Positions 19,431 through 29,112 of a DNA stretch of 58,838 nucleotides are shown piece after piece; the stretch's first letter is position 1, and each line of letters opens with the position of its first letter. Location: the NCBI GenBank assembly GCA_964516495.1, contig CAZEZF010000006.1:1-58838 (forward strand), read 5' to 3'. Position numbers and translations under genes: made by a program. The notes below the pieces were generated by a model. It worked only from the letters and a program-made list of their open reading frames with translations, ran no database searches and was not told the DNA's origin. The stretch is from an uncultured Acidimicrobiia bacterium. GTDB lineage: Bacteria > Actinomycetota > Acidimicrobiia > Spongiisociales > Spongiisociaceae.

Positions 19431-21749
19431 CTACCGGCGGGCAGGTCGGCGAATCAGGTCTTCGGGGTGGATGGGGACTTTCGTCACCGAGGCCGGTTGG
19501 CCGAGGGCTTGTTCTACGGCGGAGGCGATGGCAGCCGCGACGCCGGGCAGTCCTCCTTCGCCGGCGCCTTTGATACCGAGTGGGTTGGTGCCGGTGGGGG
19601 CGGTTTCCCCCACGATGGTTTCGATTTGCGGCGTTTCGGAGAGGGTTGGCATCAGGTAGTCCATGAAGGAGGTTGACATAGGGTTGCCCTCCTCGTCATA
19701 CGCGAACTCTTCATACAGGGCGCCTCCGATCGCTTGGACGGCCCCACCCTCCATCTGCCCTGCGACCAGCCCGGGGTTGATGGCCCGACCTACGTCGTAG
19801 AGAAGAACGATCTTCTCGATCGTCAGCTCTCCGGTTTCCGGGCACACCCGCACTACCGCCAGATTGGCGCCGCACGGGTACACGACCCGTTCCACATCGA
19901 ACACCGACTCGGCTAACAGGCCCGGCCGGTCCCGACCGTAGCGAGGAGCGGTGATTGGGTGCAGGCGGGAGGCGGTTTCGAAGATCGACATCCTGAACTC
20001 GGGCGAACCTTGGACCCTGACAGCGCCTGCGGCGTACTCCAGGTCATTGCGTGACACTTCGAACTCTATGGCGGCCACCTGTTTTGCTATGTCGATGATC
20101 TCATCAACAGCCTGGCTCAGGGCGCTCCCGGCGGTGACAGTGGAGCGGCTAGCGTAACTGCCGGTCCCGAACGGGGTTCGGTCGGTGTCCAGCAATTCAA
20201 CCCGAACCAGCGAATGGTCGATCTGTAGTCGGTCCGCGACGATCTGGGCCAGCACGGTTCTTATCCCCTGTCCAACGGAGGAACAGCCTGATCGAACCCT
20301 GACCAGCCCGTCCGGGTCTACCTCCACCGCCCCGGTCTCCCACGGACCCAGCCCGGATTTTTCCAGGAACATGGCCACACCCACCCCGACCATCTCGTTT
20401 TCGGACCGCCGCCTTACCTCCTCCCAGTCGAAGGAGTCGACCAGCCGGTTCAGGATCGCCGGAAAGTCACCGTCGCTGAACACCATCGGTTCACCGGTGG
20501 AGGACAACGGCCGGGTATAGGGTATCTGGTCCGGTTTGATGAGGTTCCGCCTCCGCACCGCCACCGGATCCATGCCGATCTCGGCGGCGAACAGATCCAC
20601 CAGCCGCTCCCTGACAAAGCTGGATTCGAACCTACCCGGCGCCCGGTAGGTTCCGGTGGGCGTCTTGCTGGTTATGACGCAGCGGGCCGATCCCCGATAC
20701 GCCTCGAGGTCGTAAGGTCCAGGGATCATGGACAGTGTCAGGTCCGCCACCCGGATGCTGTGGGTTCGGACGTAGGCGCCCATGTCCACATCGAAATCGG
20801 AGGTAATGGCAGCGATTCTGCCATTCCGGTTACCGGCGATACGGGCCCGGTGTCGTTGTTGGCGGGAGTGATTGGCGGCTACCAGATGTTCCCGGCGGTC
20901 CTCGATCCAGGACACCGTTCTACGGACCCGATCCGCCGCCCAGACCGCCAGGACGTCTTCGGGATACAGTTCTCCCCGTACCCCGAAACCCCCTCCCACG
21001 GCGGTTTCGCGCATCCTGATCCTGCTGGGCGCAATGTCCAGCAACTCGGCCGTGGCCCGGAGGTTCCAGTGCGGTACCTTGGTGGCGCCGTGAACGATGA
21101 AGCGTTCGGTGGCGGGATCGAACTCCACCACCACCCCTCTGGTTTCCATGGGAACCCCACTGTGCCTACCCACGGTCAATTCGATCTCTATCATCGCCTC
21201 GGCGTCACGGAAAGCCTCCTCCACATCGCCGAACTCGGCGTGAAGAGTGGTGATCAGGTTGCCGTCGGTGAACAACTGTTCACCCTGTTCGGCCTCGGAA
21301 CCGGCGCTGATGACCGCCTGTTCCTGGTCGATGTCCGCGAAGACCAGATCGGCGGCGTCCTCGGCGACGTAGCGGTCCTCGGCAAGCACTACGGCCAGAG
21401 GTTCGCCCACATAGCGAACCCGATCAGTCGCCAGGAGCGGCTGGAGGTAGGGAAGTACGGTTTCGTCATACGACACCCGGGGCGGAATGCGGGGCATGTG
21501 ACCGAAAGTGTGGATCACATCCTCGGCGGTGAAGACCGCTTCAACCCCGGACAACGCCCGCGCTTCGTCGGCGTCAACCTTTCGTAGCCGACCGGCGGCG
21601 ACAGGTGACCGAACCACGACCATGGCTAGTTGGTGGGCCACGTTTACATCGGCGACATACCGAGCCTGGCCGGTAAGCAGCGGCGGGTCTTCATGCCGTA
21701 GCACGGAAGCGCCGATGCCGCCGCCCGCGGCAGGGTCATATCGTGTCAT
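19431..21749 (-). CDS. Xanthine dehydrogenase family molybdopterin-binding large subunit (L1)
   Basis: SVLRHEDPPLLTG N-terminus, AVGGGFGVRGE, TGTYRAPGRFE, and C-terminal GIKGAGEGG carrying the catalytic Glu. Paralogue of 25829-28123. Confidence 0.9.
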   Translation of the reverse strand: MTRYDPAAGGGIGASVLRHEDPPLLTGQARYVADVNVAHQLAMVVVRSPVAAGRLRKVDADEARALSGVEAVFTAEDVIHTFGHMPRIPPRVSYDETVLPYLQPLLATDRVRYVGEPLAVVLAEDRYVAEDAADLVFADIDQEQAVISAGSEAEQGEQLFTDGNLITTLHAEFGDVEEAFRDAEAMIEIELTVGRHSGVPMETRGVVVEFDPATERFIVHGATKVPHWNLRATAELLDIAPSRIRMRETAVGGGFGVRGELYPEDVLAVWAADRVRRTVSWIEDRREHLVAANHSRQQRHRARIAGNRNGRIAAITSDFDVDMGAYVRTHSIRVADLTLSMIPGPYDLEAYRGSARCVITSKTPTGTYRAPGRFESSFVRERLVDLFAAEIGMDPVAVRRRNLIKPDQIPYTRPLSSTGEPMVFSDGDFPAILNRLVDSFDWEEVRRRSENEMVGVGVAMFLEKSGLGPWETGAVEVDPDGLVRVRSGCSSVGQGIRTVLAQIVADRLQIDHSLVRVELLDTDRTPFGTGSYASRSTVTAGSALSQAVDEIIDIAKQVAAIEFEVSRNDLEYAAGAVRVQGSPEFRMSIFETASRLHPITAPRYGRDRPGLLAESVFDVERVVYPCGANLAVVRVCPETGELTIEKIVLLYDVGRAINPGLVAGQMEGGAVQAIGGALYEEFAYDEEGNPMSTSFMDYLMPTLSETPQIETIVGETAPTGTNPLGIKGAGEGGLPGVAAAIASAVEQALGQPASVTKVPIHPEDLIRRPARR

Positions 21750-21972
21750 TGCGCCGGTCCTGGAGCGGGGTCTACATATGTGATGATAAGCCGCCCGGTC
21801 CGCGACGTCGGATTGCGCCCGATCGGCGTTTCGGTGAATGCGATCATCCTAAACGATTGTAAATGGCGCGGACGCCGGCCAATCCCGTCTACCAGGTCTT
21901 GAAGCGGGCGGGAGTCGATGAGAATTGTAGTCGGCGGACGACATGCTGATGAGGGGCTAGACTCCTGTCTGT

Positions 21973-22830
21973 ATGAAACCGGCCCGATTCGATTACCACC
22001 AGGTACGGTCCGTCGCCGAGGCTGTCGCCGTTCTCGACCGTTACGGCTACGACGCGAAGATCCTGGCAGGCGGCCAGAGCCTGGTCCCCGCTATGAACTT
22101 CCGTCTTGCTCGGCCGGAAGTCCTGGTCGATATCAACTTCGTCACCGAACTCGATCATGTAACCGATGACGGCGACGCTATCAGGATCGGGTCGCTGACC
22201 CGCCATGTGGCTTTCGAGAATCAGATCGTCGACGGACCTCTCGGACGCATTCTCACAATGGCCGCCCATCATGTGGGTCACCTTCCGATACGGATCCGGG
22301 GAACCTTCGGCGGGAGCCTGGCCCATGCCGATCCGGCTGCCGAATGGTGCGTGATAGCGGCGCTGGTGGATGCCGAGATGGTGATCCGCAGCATGTCCGG
22401 TTCCCGCACGGTAGCGGCCTCGCAGTTCTTCCATACCGTATTCACCACCGATCTGGGTCCTGATGAGATGTTGGTGGAAGCCCGTCTTCCCAAGTTGAGC
22501 GCCGACACCCGCGTGGGTTTCCAACAGTTCAGCCGTCGGGCAGGTGACTTTGCCCTGGCCATGACCGCGGTTGCGCTCGAGGTCCGGCAAGGCCTGATCA
22601 CCGACGCGCGGATTGCCTTGGGAGGCGTGAGTGATCGTCCGGTCAGGGCCGAGGCAGCCGAAGACCGTCTCAGAGACCAGCCGGCGGATCAGGAGGTCTT
22701 TGATGAAGCGGCGCGTCTCGCCGCAGGCGATTTCGAGGCGATCGGTGATATACACGGTTCCGCCGAGTACCGCAGAGACCTGGCGAGGGTACTTACTCGA
22801 AGAGCCCTAGAGCAGGCAACCGCGTCGTGA
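21973..22830 (+). CDS. Xanthine dehydrogenase family FAD-binding (medium, CoxM-like) subunit
   Basis: MKPARFDYHQVRSVAEA...ILAGGQSLVPAMNFRLARP is the FAD_binding_5 signature. About 285 aa. Confidence 0.9.
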   Translation: MKPARFDYHQVRSVAEAVAVLDRYGYDAKILAGGQSLVPAMNFRLARPEVLVDINFVTELDHVTDDGDAIRIGSLTRHVAFENQIVDGPLGRILTMAAHHVGHLPIRIRGTFGGSLAHADPAAEWCVIAALVDAEMVIRSMSGSRTVAASQFFHTVFTTDLGPDEMLVEARLPKLSADTRVGFQQFSRRAGDFALAMTAVALEVRQGLITDARIALGGVSDRPVRAEAAEDRLRDQPADQEVFDEAARLAAGDFEAIGDIHGSAEYRRDLARVLTRRALEQATAS

Positions 22831-25154
22831 CCCGGTGGGTCGGCCGATCTCTCCTACGTTTCGAGGATCCGCCGCTCCTGATCGGCGAAGGACGGTTCGT
22901 AGCGGACATGGCCCACCGTGTGGCATATCTGCGGTTCCTGCGTAGTCCCGTACCCCGAGGCAGGATAGTCTCGATCGAAGCTCCGGGAGATGTAACGGTG
23001 TTTACCGGGAAGGACTTGGAGAAGGTGCATCCTATCCGTCCGCTCCTGCATCGTGAGGACTACCGACCGGTGGATCAGCCGGTGCTGGCTCGCGACGAGG
23101 TTCGTTTCGTTGGTGAGCCGGTAGCGGTAGTGGTGGCGGGATCTCCGGAGGAAGCGGAGGACGCGTCCGAGCAGGTCTTCTTGAACATCGATCCGCTTGA
23201 CCATGTTACCTCTGGGTCGGACGCCCTCCGGCCCGGCGCCCCCGCAGTTCATGACCATATTCCTGACAACGTGGTGGTGGACGCCGGGCTGGCCACTCCC
23301 GGGGTGGATGAGGCATTCGCGGCAGCCGAGGAGGTGGTCGAGTTCGATCTCTGTTCCCGGAGGGAAAGCGCCCTGCCCCTGGAAGCGCGGGGTTCGGTGG
23401 CCTCATATGATCGACGATCAGGCCGGGTGACCCTGACGGCATCCGTCCAGTCGCCTCATGTGGTGAGGACCGTAATCGCCGATCTGCTCGATATGCCCGA
23501 ATCGGATCTCAGGGTTGTGGCGCCTGACGTGGGGGGCGCCTTCGGGCAGAAGTTCTGTCTGGCGGTCGAAGATGTAGTGGCGGTGTGGGTGGCCCGCCGT
23601 ATCCGCGCCGCGGTAGCGTGGATCGAGGACCGCCGGGAGAACCTGCTCTCGTCGTTTCACAGCAGAGATCACCGCTACCGGATCAGGGGCGCCTTCGGTG
23701 CGGGCGGGCGTTTGGCCGCGATCGACGCCGACCTGGTCTGCAACATCGGCGCCTACTCCTGCTATCCGGTGACCTGTGGCGTGGAGCCTTTGATGGCGAT
23801 GGTCGAGTTGCCCGGTCCGTATGACTTCCGGACCTACCGGGTTCGGTCCAGAGGAGTGACCACCAATACCTGCCCGATGGCCCCATATCGAGGGGTGTCC
23901 CGCCCGGTAATCACCTTGGCGATGGAGCGGCTTATGGATCTGGCCGCAGACCGGTTCGGGCTCGAAGGGGCCGAGATCCGGCGACGGAACCTGATCAGTA
24001 GTTTCCCGTATACCTCGGCGACCGGACTCGTATACGACGAAGGCTCCTACCTGGAATCTCTGGAACGAGCAACGGAAGAGTTCGACTTGGCCGCTTTCCG
24101 GGAGCGCCAGGACACCGCCCGCCAGGATGGTCGTTATCTGGGGGTCGGCTTCTCGGTCTTCTCGGAACGCACCGGTTACGGGACCGCGGCCTTCGCGGCG
24201 AGAAGCATGGATGTCACCCCGGGTTACGAAACGGTGGATCTGACGATGGATCCATCGGGATACGTCGAAGCCCGGATAGGCGCTTCCCCTCACGGTCAGG
24301 GTTTGGGAACCAGTCTGGCGCAGCTGATAGGGGACGAACTCGGGGTGGATCCCGACACGGTGCGTATCGTTCATGGAGACACCGATCGCTCACCCTACGG
24401 TTGGGGGACGTTCGCCAGCCGATCGCTGGTGATCGCGGGCGGGGCCGCCAAACTTGCCGCCTCCGAACTCCGCTCCAAACTAGCCGCTATCGCCGCCGAC
24501 GAATTGGAGGCGGCGCCTGAGGACATAGAAATCAGCGGAGGGGTTGCCCGCGTGCTGGGGACGGATTCGGGAATAGGGATTCCTGAATTGGCTCGCCTGG
24601 CGTATCACGCCAGCCACCGGCTCGGACAGGGCTTGGAACCTGGGCTCGCTTCGGGCGCCACCTACGATCCGACCGGTACGTTCTCCAATGCCTGCCATGT
24701 AGCCGAGGTGGAGGTGGATCCCGAAACCGGCGGGGTTCGTATTGATCGGTTCATCGTGGTAGAGGATGCCGGGGTGCTGATCAACCCCATGATCGTCGAC
24801 GGTCAACTACACGGGGGGGTGACTCAAGGAATAGCGGGGGCGCTCTATGAGGAAATCGTCTACGATACCGAGGGCAACATCCTCACCACATCGCTGCAGG
24901 ACTACCTTCCCCCTACAATGGCCGAGGTGCCGGACATCGAGATTCACCATCTGGAGACCGTGTCCGACGCCTCCCTGACCGGCGCCAAGGGTTTGGGCGA
25001 GGGTGGAACTATCGGCGCCCCGGCCGCAGTAGTCAACGCCATCTCCGACGCCCTTCGGCCGCTGGGTATTGAAGTCAACGAGACTCCTGCCACACCGTCG
25101 CGATTGAGGGGTCTGGTCAGGCGACAGCAGAATCAAGAAAGGACTTCCGCATGA
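22827..25154 (+). CDS. Xanthine dehydrogenase family molybdopterin-binding large subunit (L2)
   Basis: SLLRFEDPPLLIG, DVGGAFGQK, APYRGVSRP, GAKGLGEGG. GTGA overlap with the FAD subunit and ATGA overlap with the 2Fe-2S subunit. Confidence 0.9.
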   Translation: MTRWVGRSLLRFEDPPLLIGEGRFVADMAHRVAYLRFLRSPVPRGRIVSIEAPGDVTVFTGKDLEKVHPIRPLLHREDYRPVDQPVLARDEVRFVGEPVAVVVAGSPEEAEDASEQVFLNIDPLDHVTSGSDALRPGAPAVHDHIPDNVVVDAGLATPGVDEAFAAAEEVVEFDLCSRRESALPLEARGSVASYDRRSGRVTLTASVQSPHVVRTVIADLLDMPESDLRVVAPDVGGAFGQKFCLAVEDVVAVWVARRIRAAVAWIEDRRENLLSSFHSRDHRYRIRGAFGAGGRLAAIDADLVCNIGAYSCYPVTCGVEPLMAMVELPGPYDFRTYRVRSRGVTTNTCPMAPYRGVSRPVITLAMERLMDLAADRFGLEGAEIRRRNLISSFPYTSATGLVYDEGSYLESLERATEEFDLAAFRERQDTARQDGRYLGVGFSVFSERTGYGTAAFAARSMDVTPGYETVDLTMDPSGYVEARIGASPHGQGLGTSLAQLIGDELGVDPDTVRIVHGDTDRSPYGWGTFASRSLVIAGGAAKLAASELRSKLAAIAADELEAAPEDIEISGGVARVLGTDSGIGIPELARLAYHASHRLGQGLEPGLASGATYDPTGTFSNACHVAEVEVDPETGGVRIDRFIVVEDAGVLINPMIVDGQLHGGVTQGIAGALYEEIVYDTEGNILTTSLQDYLPPTMAEVPDIEIHHLETVSDASLTGAKGLGEGGTIGAPAAVVNAISDALRPLGIEVNETPATPSRLRGLVRRQQNQERTSA

Positions 25155-25639
25155 CCGAGCGCACCATGGTCGACGTTACTCTCAAAGTGAACGGACGCTC
25201 GTACCGGGTGCAGGTCGAACCCAGGCGTACCTTGGCTGATGCGCTCCGGGATGACTGCGGCCTCACCGGCACCCATCTAGGATGCGAGCACGGTGTTTGC
25301 GGCGCCTGCACCGTCCTCCTCGATGGCCAACCGGTCCGCTCCTGTCTGATGTTCGCAGTGCAATGTGATGGGATGGAACTCCGAACCGTGGAAGGCCTGG
25401 CGGACGGGGATCGCTTGCATCCTATCCAGCAGGCCTTCTGGGAAAACCACGGCCTGCAATGCGGTTTCTGCACCCCCGGCTTTCTGATGCTGGCGGTGGG
25501 CTATCTGGAACAGAACCCGGCGCCCGATGACGACGAACTGCGGTCGGTCCTGTCATCGAACCTATGCCGCTGTACCGGCTACCAGAACATTCTCGCCTCG
25601 GTTCGCCAAGCCGCCGAAGTCATGGGCTCGGAGTCTTGA
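25151..25639 (+). CDS. (2Fe-2S)-binding small (CoxS-like) subunit
   Basis: Two cysteine clusters, CEHGVCGACTV and CGFCTPG...CRCTGY. 162 aa. Confidence 0.92.
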   Translation: MTERTMVDVTLKVNGRSYRVQVEPRRTLADALRDDCGLTGTHLGCEHGVCGACTVLLDGQPVRSCLMFAVQCDGMELRTVEGLADGDRLHPIQQAFWENHGLQCGFCTPGFLMLAVGYLEQNPAPDDDELRSVLSSNLCRCTGYQNILASVRQAAEVMGSES

Positions 25640-25828
25640 TCTTCGCCACCGGACCGGCCGCAACGACCTTGCCAGGCCCATATTCGATGCTTCGCCTGCA
25701 TGCTCCGGGCGGGTGAAGCGGGCTCACGGGTCACATCTGTTGTGGAGTTGGCCAGGTACCTCCATATCAAGGAGTATTGGAAAGGTCTGATCCTCTCCGG
25801 CAACCTTGTGCGTGGAGACCGGTAGGCG

Positions 25829-28123
25829 ATGACGTACCTCGGGGCCTCGGTATTACGAATCGAAGATCTGCCTCTGCTGACCGGATCGGCCCGTTTCGCC
25901 GCCGATCTCTCCCTTCGGCATCAACTGCACATGCGGGTCGTACGTTCGCCGGTCGCCTACGGGAAGATCAGTGGTATCGATGTTTCCGGGGCATTTTCCC
26001 TGCCCGGCGTGGAGGCCGTTTGGACTGCGGCCGACGCCCTTGACATTCCGGTGATCGACTTTCGGATGCCGATGATCTCCGGCGTGGATAGCTATCGCCA
26101 GCCGGTGCTCGCCCGGGAATTCGTCCACTACGTCGGGGAGCCGGTGGCGGTGGTGTTGGCGGAGGACCCCTATCTCGCCGAAGACGCCGCGGAAAGGGTA
26201 TTCATCGACATCGACGAGTTTACCCCGGTGGTCGATCCCTATCGGGACGGCGAGAACGCCACCGAGGTGGGGGTTGTCGAGAAGAACTACGGGGATATCG
26301 ACGACGCCTTCGCCGATGCCCCGCTGGTGGTGGAACTGGACCTGTCGGTGGGTCGCCATTCCGCCATACCGATGGAGGCTCGCGGCGCCTTGGCTCGTTA
26401 TGACGATACCGCCGCCACCCTGGAGATGTTCGGAGCGGCCAAGGTCCCCCACTACAACAGGATGGCCATAGCTAGGATGCTCGGCCTCCCGGTGTCGTCG
26501 GTCGTGTTGCGTGAAGGGCATGTAGGGGGTGGTTTCGGGGTCCGGGGAGAGCTCTACCCCGAGGATGTTCTGGTGTGTTGGGCGGCCCGGCGTACCGGCC
26601 GTCCGGTCCGCTGGGTGGAGGATCGACGGGAACACATGGTAGCCGCCAACCACTCCCGCGATCAGGTTCACCGCATCCGCGCCGCGGTCGATACGGACGG
26701 TTGGGTGCGGGGTGTCGATGCGGAGTTCTGGGTCGACCAAGGGGCCTATCTGAGAACCCACGAGACGACGGTAAGCGAACTCGCCTCCTCTATGCTGCCC
26801 GGACCCTACGTTTGGCCTGCATACCGTTGTATCGGGCATGTGCGGCTCAGCAACAAGACCCCGTGCGGGACCTACCGGGCGCCGGGAAGGTACGAGAGCA
26901 GCTTCGTTCGTGAGCGCCTGATGGATGTGATCGCTAACCGGCTCGATATGGATCCGGCGGAGATACGCCGGCGGAACCTGATTCCACGGGAGAAGATGCC
27001 GTTTGATCGCGGTATTACCGCTATAGGTACCGAGGTGACGTATGACTCGGGAGATTACGAGCTCCTTCTGGACCGGATGATCAACTACCTGGATTACCAA
27101 CATCTTCTCGGACGGTTGGCCGAACGTCGGGCGCAGGGCGAGAAGGTGGGAATCGGCTGGGGCTTCTTTGTGGAGAAGAGCGGTCTGGGCCCGTTCGACG
27201 GGGTGAGGATCACGGTCGATGAGTCTGGTCATGTGACGGTGGTTACAGGCGTGGCCTCCGTCGGCCAAGGGGTGGAAACCTCTCTCGCCCAGGTATGCGC
27301 CGACACGTTAGGGGTTGGGATAGAGATGGTTCGGGTTCGCCACGGCCAGACGGACGACATGGCGTGGGGGATGGGCGCCTTCGCCAGCCGGGTGACGGTT
27401 ATGGCGGGTTCCGCGACGCTGCTAGCGGCCCGCCGGGTGCGGGAGAAGGCCCTGGACGTGGCGGCGCAGGTCTTGGAGGCGCGTAGAGAAGACCTCACCG
27501 TTGTGGATGGGCGGGTGTTCGTGTACGGATCGCCTGACGGTCCGTCGGTGGGGCTCGGTGAAGTAGCCCGGCGTCTTCGGCCCGGTGACACCGACGGTGA
27601 ACCGGGCTTGGTAGCCGAGGGGTGGTTCGAGGTCGATCACATGGCGTACCCGTACGGGATCCATGTGGCGGTTGTACGGGTCGACCCTGACACGGGCGCG
27701 GTGGATCCGGAACGACTCGTGGTTGCCTACGATGTGGGTAGGGCGGTGAACCCCTTGCTGGTGGACGGCCAGATCCATGGTGGCGCAGCCCAAGGGCTGG
27801 GAGGGGCGTTGCTGGAAGAGTTCCTATACGACGAAACCGGCCAACCGCTGGCTGCCACCTTTATGGACTATCTGATGCCGACCGTGGCCGAGATGCCTCC
27901 GGTGGAGACACTGGTCACCGAGGACGCTCCGAGTCCGCTCAACCCATTGGGTGTCAAGGGGGCGGGTGAGGGAGGGATCACCGCGGTGGGGGCGGCCATC
28001 GCCAATGCAGTAGCCGACGCCTTGGGCGCTCCGGAGGATGTGACCAGGCTTCCTCTCGGTCCCGAGTGGGTACGACGAATCGCCCAGAGCCAAGCCGGTC
28101 GGGAACCGCGAATCTCGGGCTAG
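25829..28123 (+). CDS. Xanthine dehydrogenase family molybdopterin-binding large subunit (L3)
   Basis: SVLRIEDLPLLTG, HVGGGFGVRGE, CGTYRAPGRYE, GVKGAGEGG. Its TAG stop (28121-28123) is formed at the junction with the family-2 repeat. Confidence 0.9.
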   Translation: MTYLGASVLRIEDLPLLTGSARFAADLSLRHQLHMRVVRSPVAYGKISGIDVSGAFSLPGVEAVWTAADALDIPVIDFRMPMISGVDSYRQPVLAREFVHYVGEPVAVVLAEDPYLAEDAAERVFIDIDEFTPVVDPYRDGENATEVGVVEKNYGDIDDAFADAPLVVELDLSVGRHSAIPMEARGALARYDDTAATLEMFGAAKVPHYNRMAIARMLGLPVSSVVLREGHVGGGFGVRGELYPEDVLVCWAARRTGRPVRWVEDRREHMVAANHSRDQVHRIRAAVDTDGWVRGVDAEFWVDQGAYLRTHETTVSELASSMLPGPYVWPAYRCIGHVRLSNKTPCGTYRAPGRYESSFVRERLMDVIANRLDMDPAEIRRRNLIPREKMPFDRGITAIGTEVTYDSGDYELLLDRMINYLDYQHLLGRLAERRAQGEKVGIGWGFFVEKSGLGPFDGVRITVDESGHVTVVTGVASVGQGVETSLAQVCADTLGVGIEMVRVRHGQTDDMAWGMGAFASRVTVMAGSATLLAARRVREKALDVAAQVLEARREDLTVVDGRVFVYGSPDGPSVGLGEVARRLRPGDTDGEPGLVAEGWFEVDHMAYPYGIHVAVVRVDPDTGAVDPERLVVAYDVGRAVNPLLVDGQIHGGAAQGLGGALLEEFLYDETGQPLAATFMDYLMPTVAEMPPVETLVTEDAPSPLNPLGVKGAGEGGITAVGAAIANAVADALGAPEDVTRLPLGPEWVRRIAQSQAGREPRISG

Positions 28124-28222
28124 GAGGGTGCTGAGAAACCCCGGCCTGGCCCGATATCCGATGGTAAACTCCCTGGTCAGCGGACGGAGGGCCAATCCGA
28201 TCACCTGTTTTCAGCACCGTCC
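28123..28222. repeat. Short inverted-repeat element family 2, copy A (100 bp)
   Basis: Termini GGAGGGTGCTGAGAAA ... TTTTCAGCACCGTCC are inverted repeats flanked by TA on both sides (28121-22 and 28223-24). The interior matches the reverse complement of 39057-39130, apart from an extra segment of about 25 bp. Confidence 0.75.
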
Positions 28223-28239
28223 TAGTGTCCTAGTCTTTA

Positions 28240-28378
28240 CCCCCGATTTTTCATGCAGGGGTTCGGATGGGTAACCGAGAGAGATGAAATGAACTCTCTT
28301 ACCTGGGAAAATAGCCGCTTGACGGGCTTGACGTGGTCTTTTCGAGGTCGGTGTGACGGGGGCATGAAGAATTGGGGT
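28240..28378 (+). mobile_element. MITE-like element family 1, copy C3 (139-bp internal-deletion derivative)
   Basis: TA|CCCCCGATTTTTCATGCAGGGG ... GGGGCATGAAGAATTGGGGT|TA. Both termini are intact. The central ~64 bp present in the 203-bp copies is missing. Confidence 0.85.
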
Positions 28379-28701
28379 TAGTTCGTTTGGTTGCATCTCC
28401 TCAAAGGCCGCTTTGGCGCGATGGGGATCCGTCTTCATTTCTCAGCTGACGCCGCTGTCGGCGGGGATTCGGGGATAGTTTCTGTCCTACCCCTCCTGTA
28501 TGTTGTTGTTAACCGTAATTACCGGCGGTCCGCTTCCGACGTCGACCCGGACCGCGTGAAGGGATCAAAGTTCGTTCGGGACCACCCCGCCAGGGGTATG
28601 GGAGGACGCGTCTCGGCCAAGGTGGCGGCGGTGGGGGAGGAACCCGTCGGGGAAGGGGTCTACCCGCAGCGATTTTCGCGGTCTTGTTCTGACTCAGGAT
28701 A

Positions 28702-29112
28702 CTAGCCGTCGTCACCGGAATGATGCCGCAGGAACCAGGCGTTGACCTCGTCCACGAACGACCGCGCCCGGCGGATGGCCTCAGCAGCGTCCTGGTCGGT
28801 CCATCTGTCCATCGTTTCATGGTCGTAGTCGGCCTTGATACGACTCTTGCCCAGAGAACCTAACACCCGGGAAACGTCGGCCGGGAAATCGGACTCCTTG
28901 ACCGCAAGCCGGTGAAACAGGGTACGGACGCCTTGGTGGGTCTTGGGACCATGCCGGTGGTACGCGACGACCGCTTGAGCAGCGTAGAACGCCGCGTAAT
29001 AGGCTAACGAGACTGCCGGACCATATATCTCGGATCGGCGAGTGGTCTCGGCGTAACGAAGATAGTCGTCGGCGTGTGACAGCAGCAGGTATGCTTCGTC
29101 GGTGGAGGTCAT
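28702..29112 (-). CDS. HEPN domain protein (toxin-like partner of an MNT-HEPN pair)
   Basis: All-helical ~136-aa protein ending in ...LGSLGKSRIKADYD, similar to UPF0332/HEPN proteins. ATG 29112 overlaps the stop of the upstream nucleotidyltransferase gene (ATGA); the ORF track allows 29163. Confidence 0.7.
   Translation of the reverse strand: MTSTDEAYLLLSHADDYLRYAETTRRSEIYGPAVSLAYYAAFYAAQAVVAYHRHGPKTHQGVRTLFHRLAVKESDFPADVSRVLGSLGKSRIKADYDHETMDRWTDQDAAEAIRRARSFVDEVNAWFLRHHSGDDG

Noticed and set aside
25853-27268. Long antisense or alternative-frame ORFs inside annotated genes (for example 1589-2611, 3961-4770, 20760-21587, 23418-24374, 25853-27268, 33049-34320, 37540-38424, 39181-39966, 42894-43640, 44181-45020, 51357-52193, 56967-57668).
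   Set aside because: These are typical open frames opposite GC-rich genes. Their translations are Arg/Pro/Gly-rich with no recognisable motifs, while the overlapping frame carries clear family signatures.
19431-28123. Calling the molybdoenzyme cluster a carbon monoxide dehydrogenase (coxMLS).
   Set aside because: No large subunit has the form-I CODH active-site loop (VAYRCSFR). The loops read YRAPGR, YRGVSR and VRGAGR. Only a generic xanthine-dehydrogenase-family assignment is supported.
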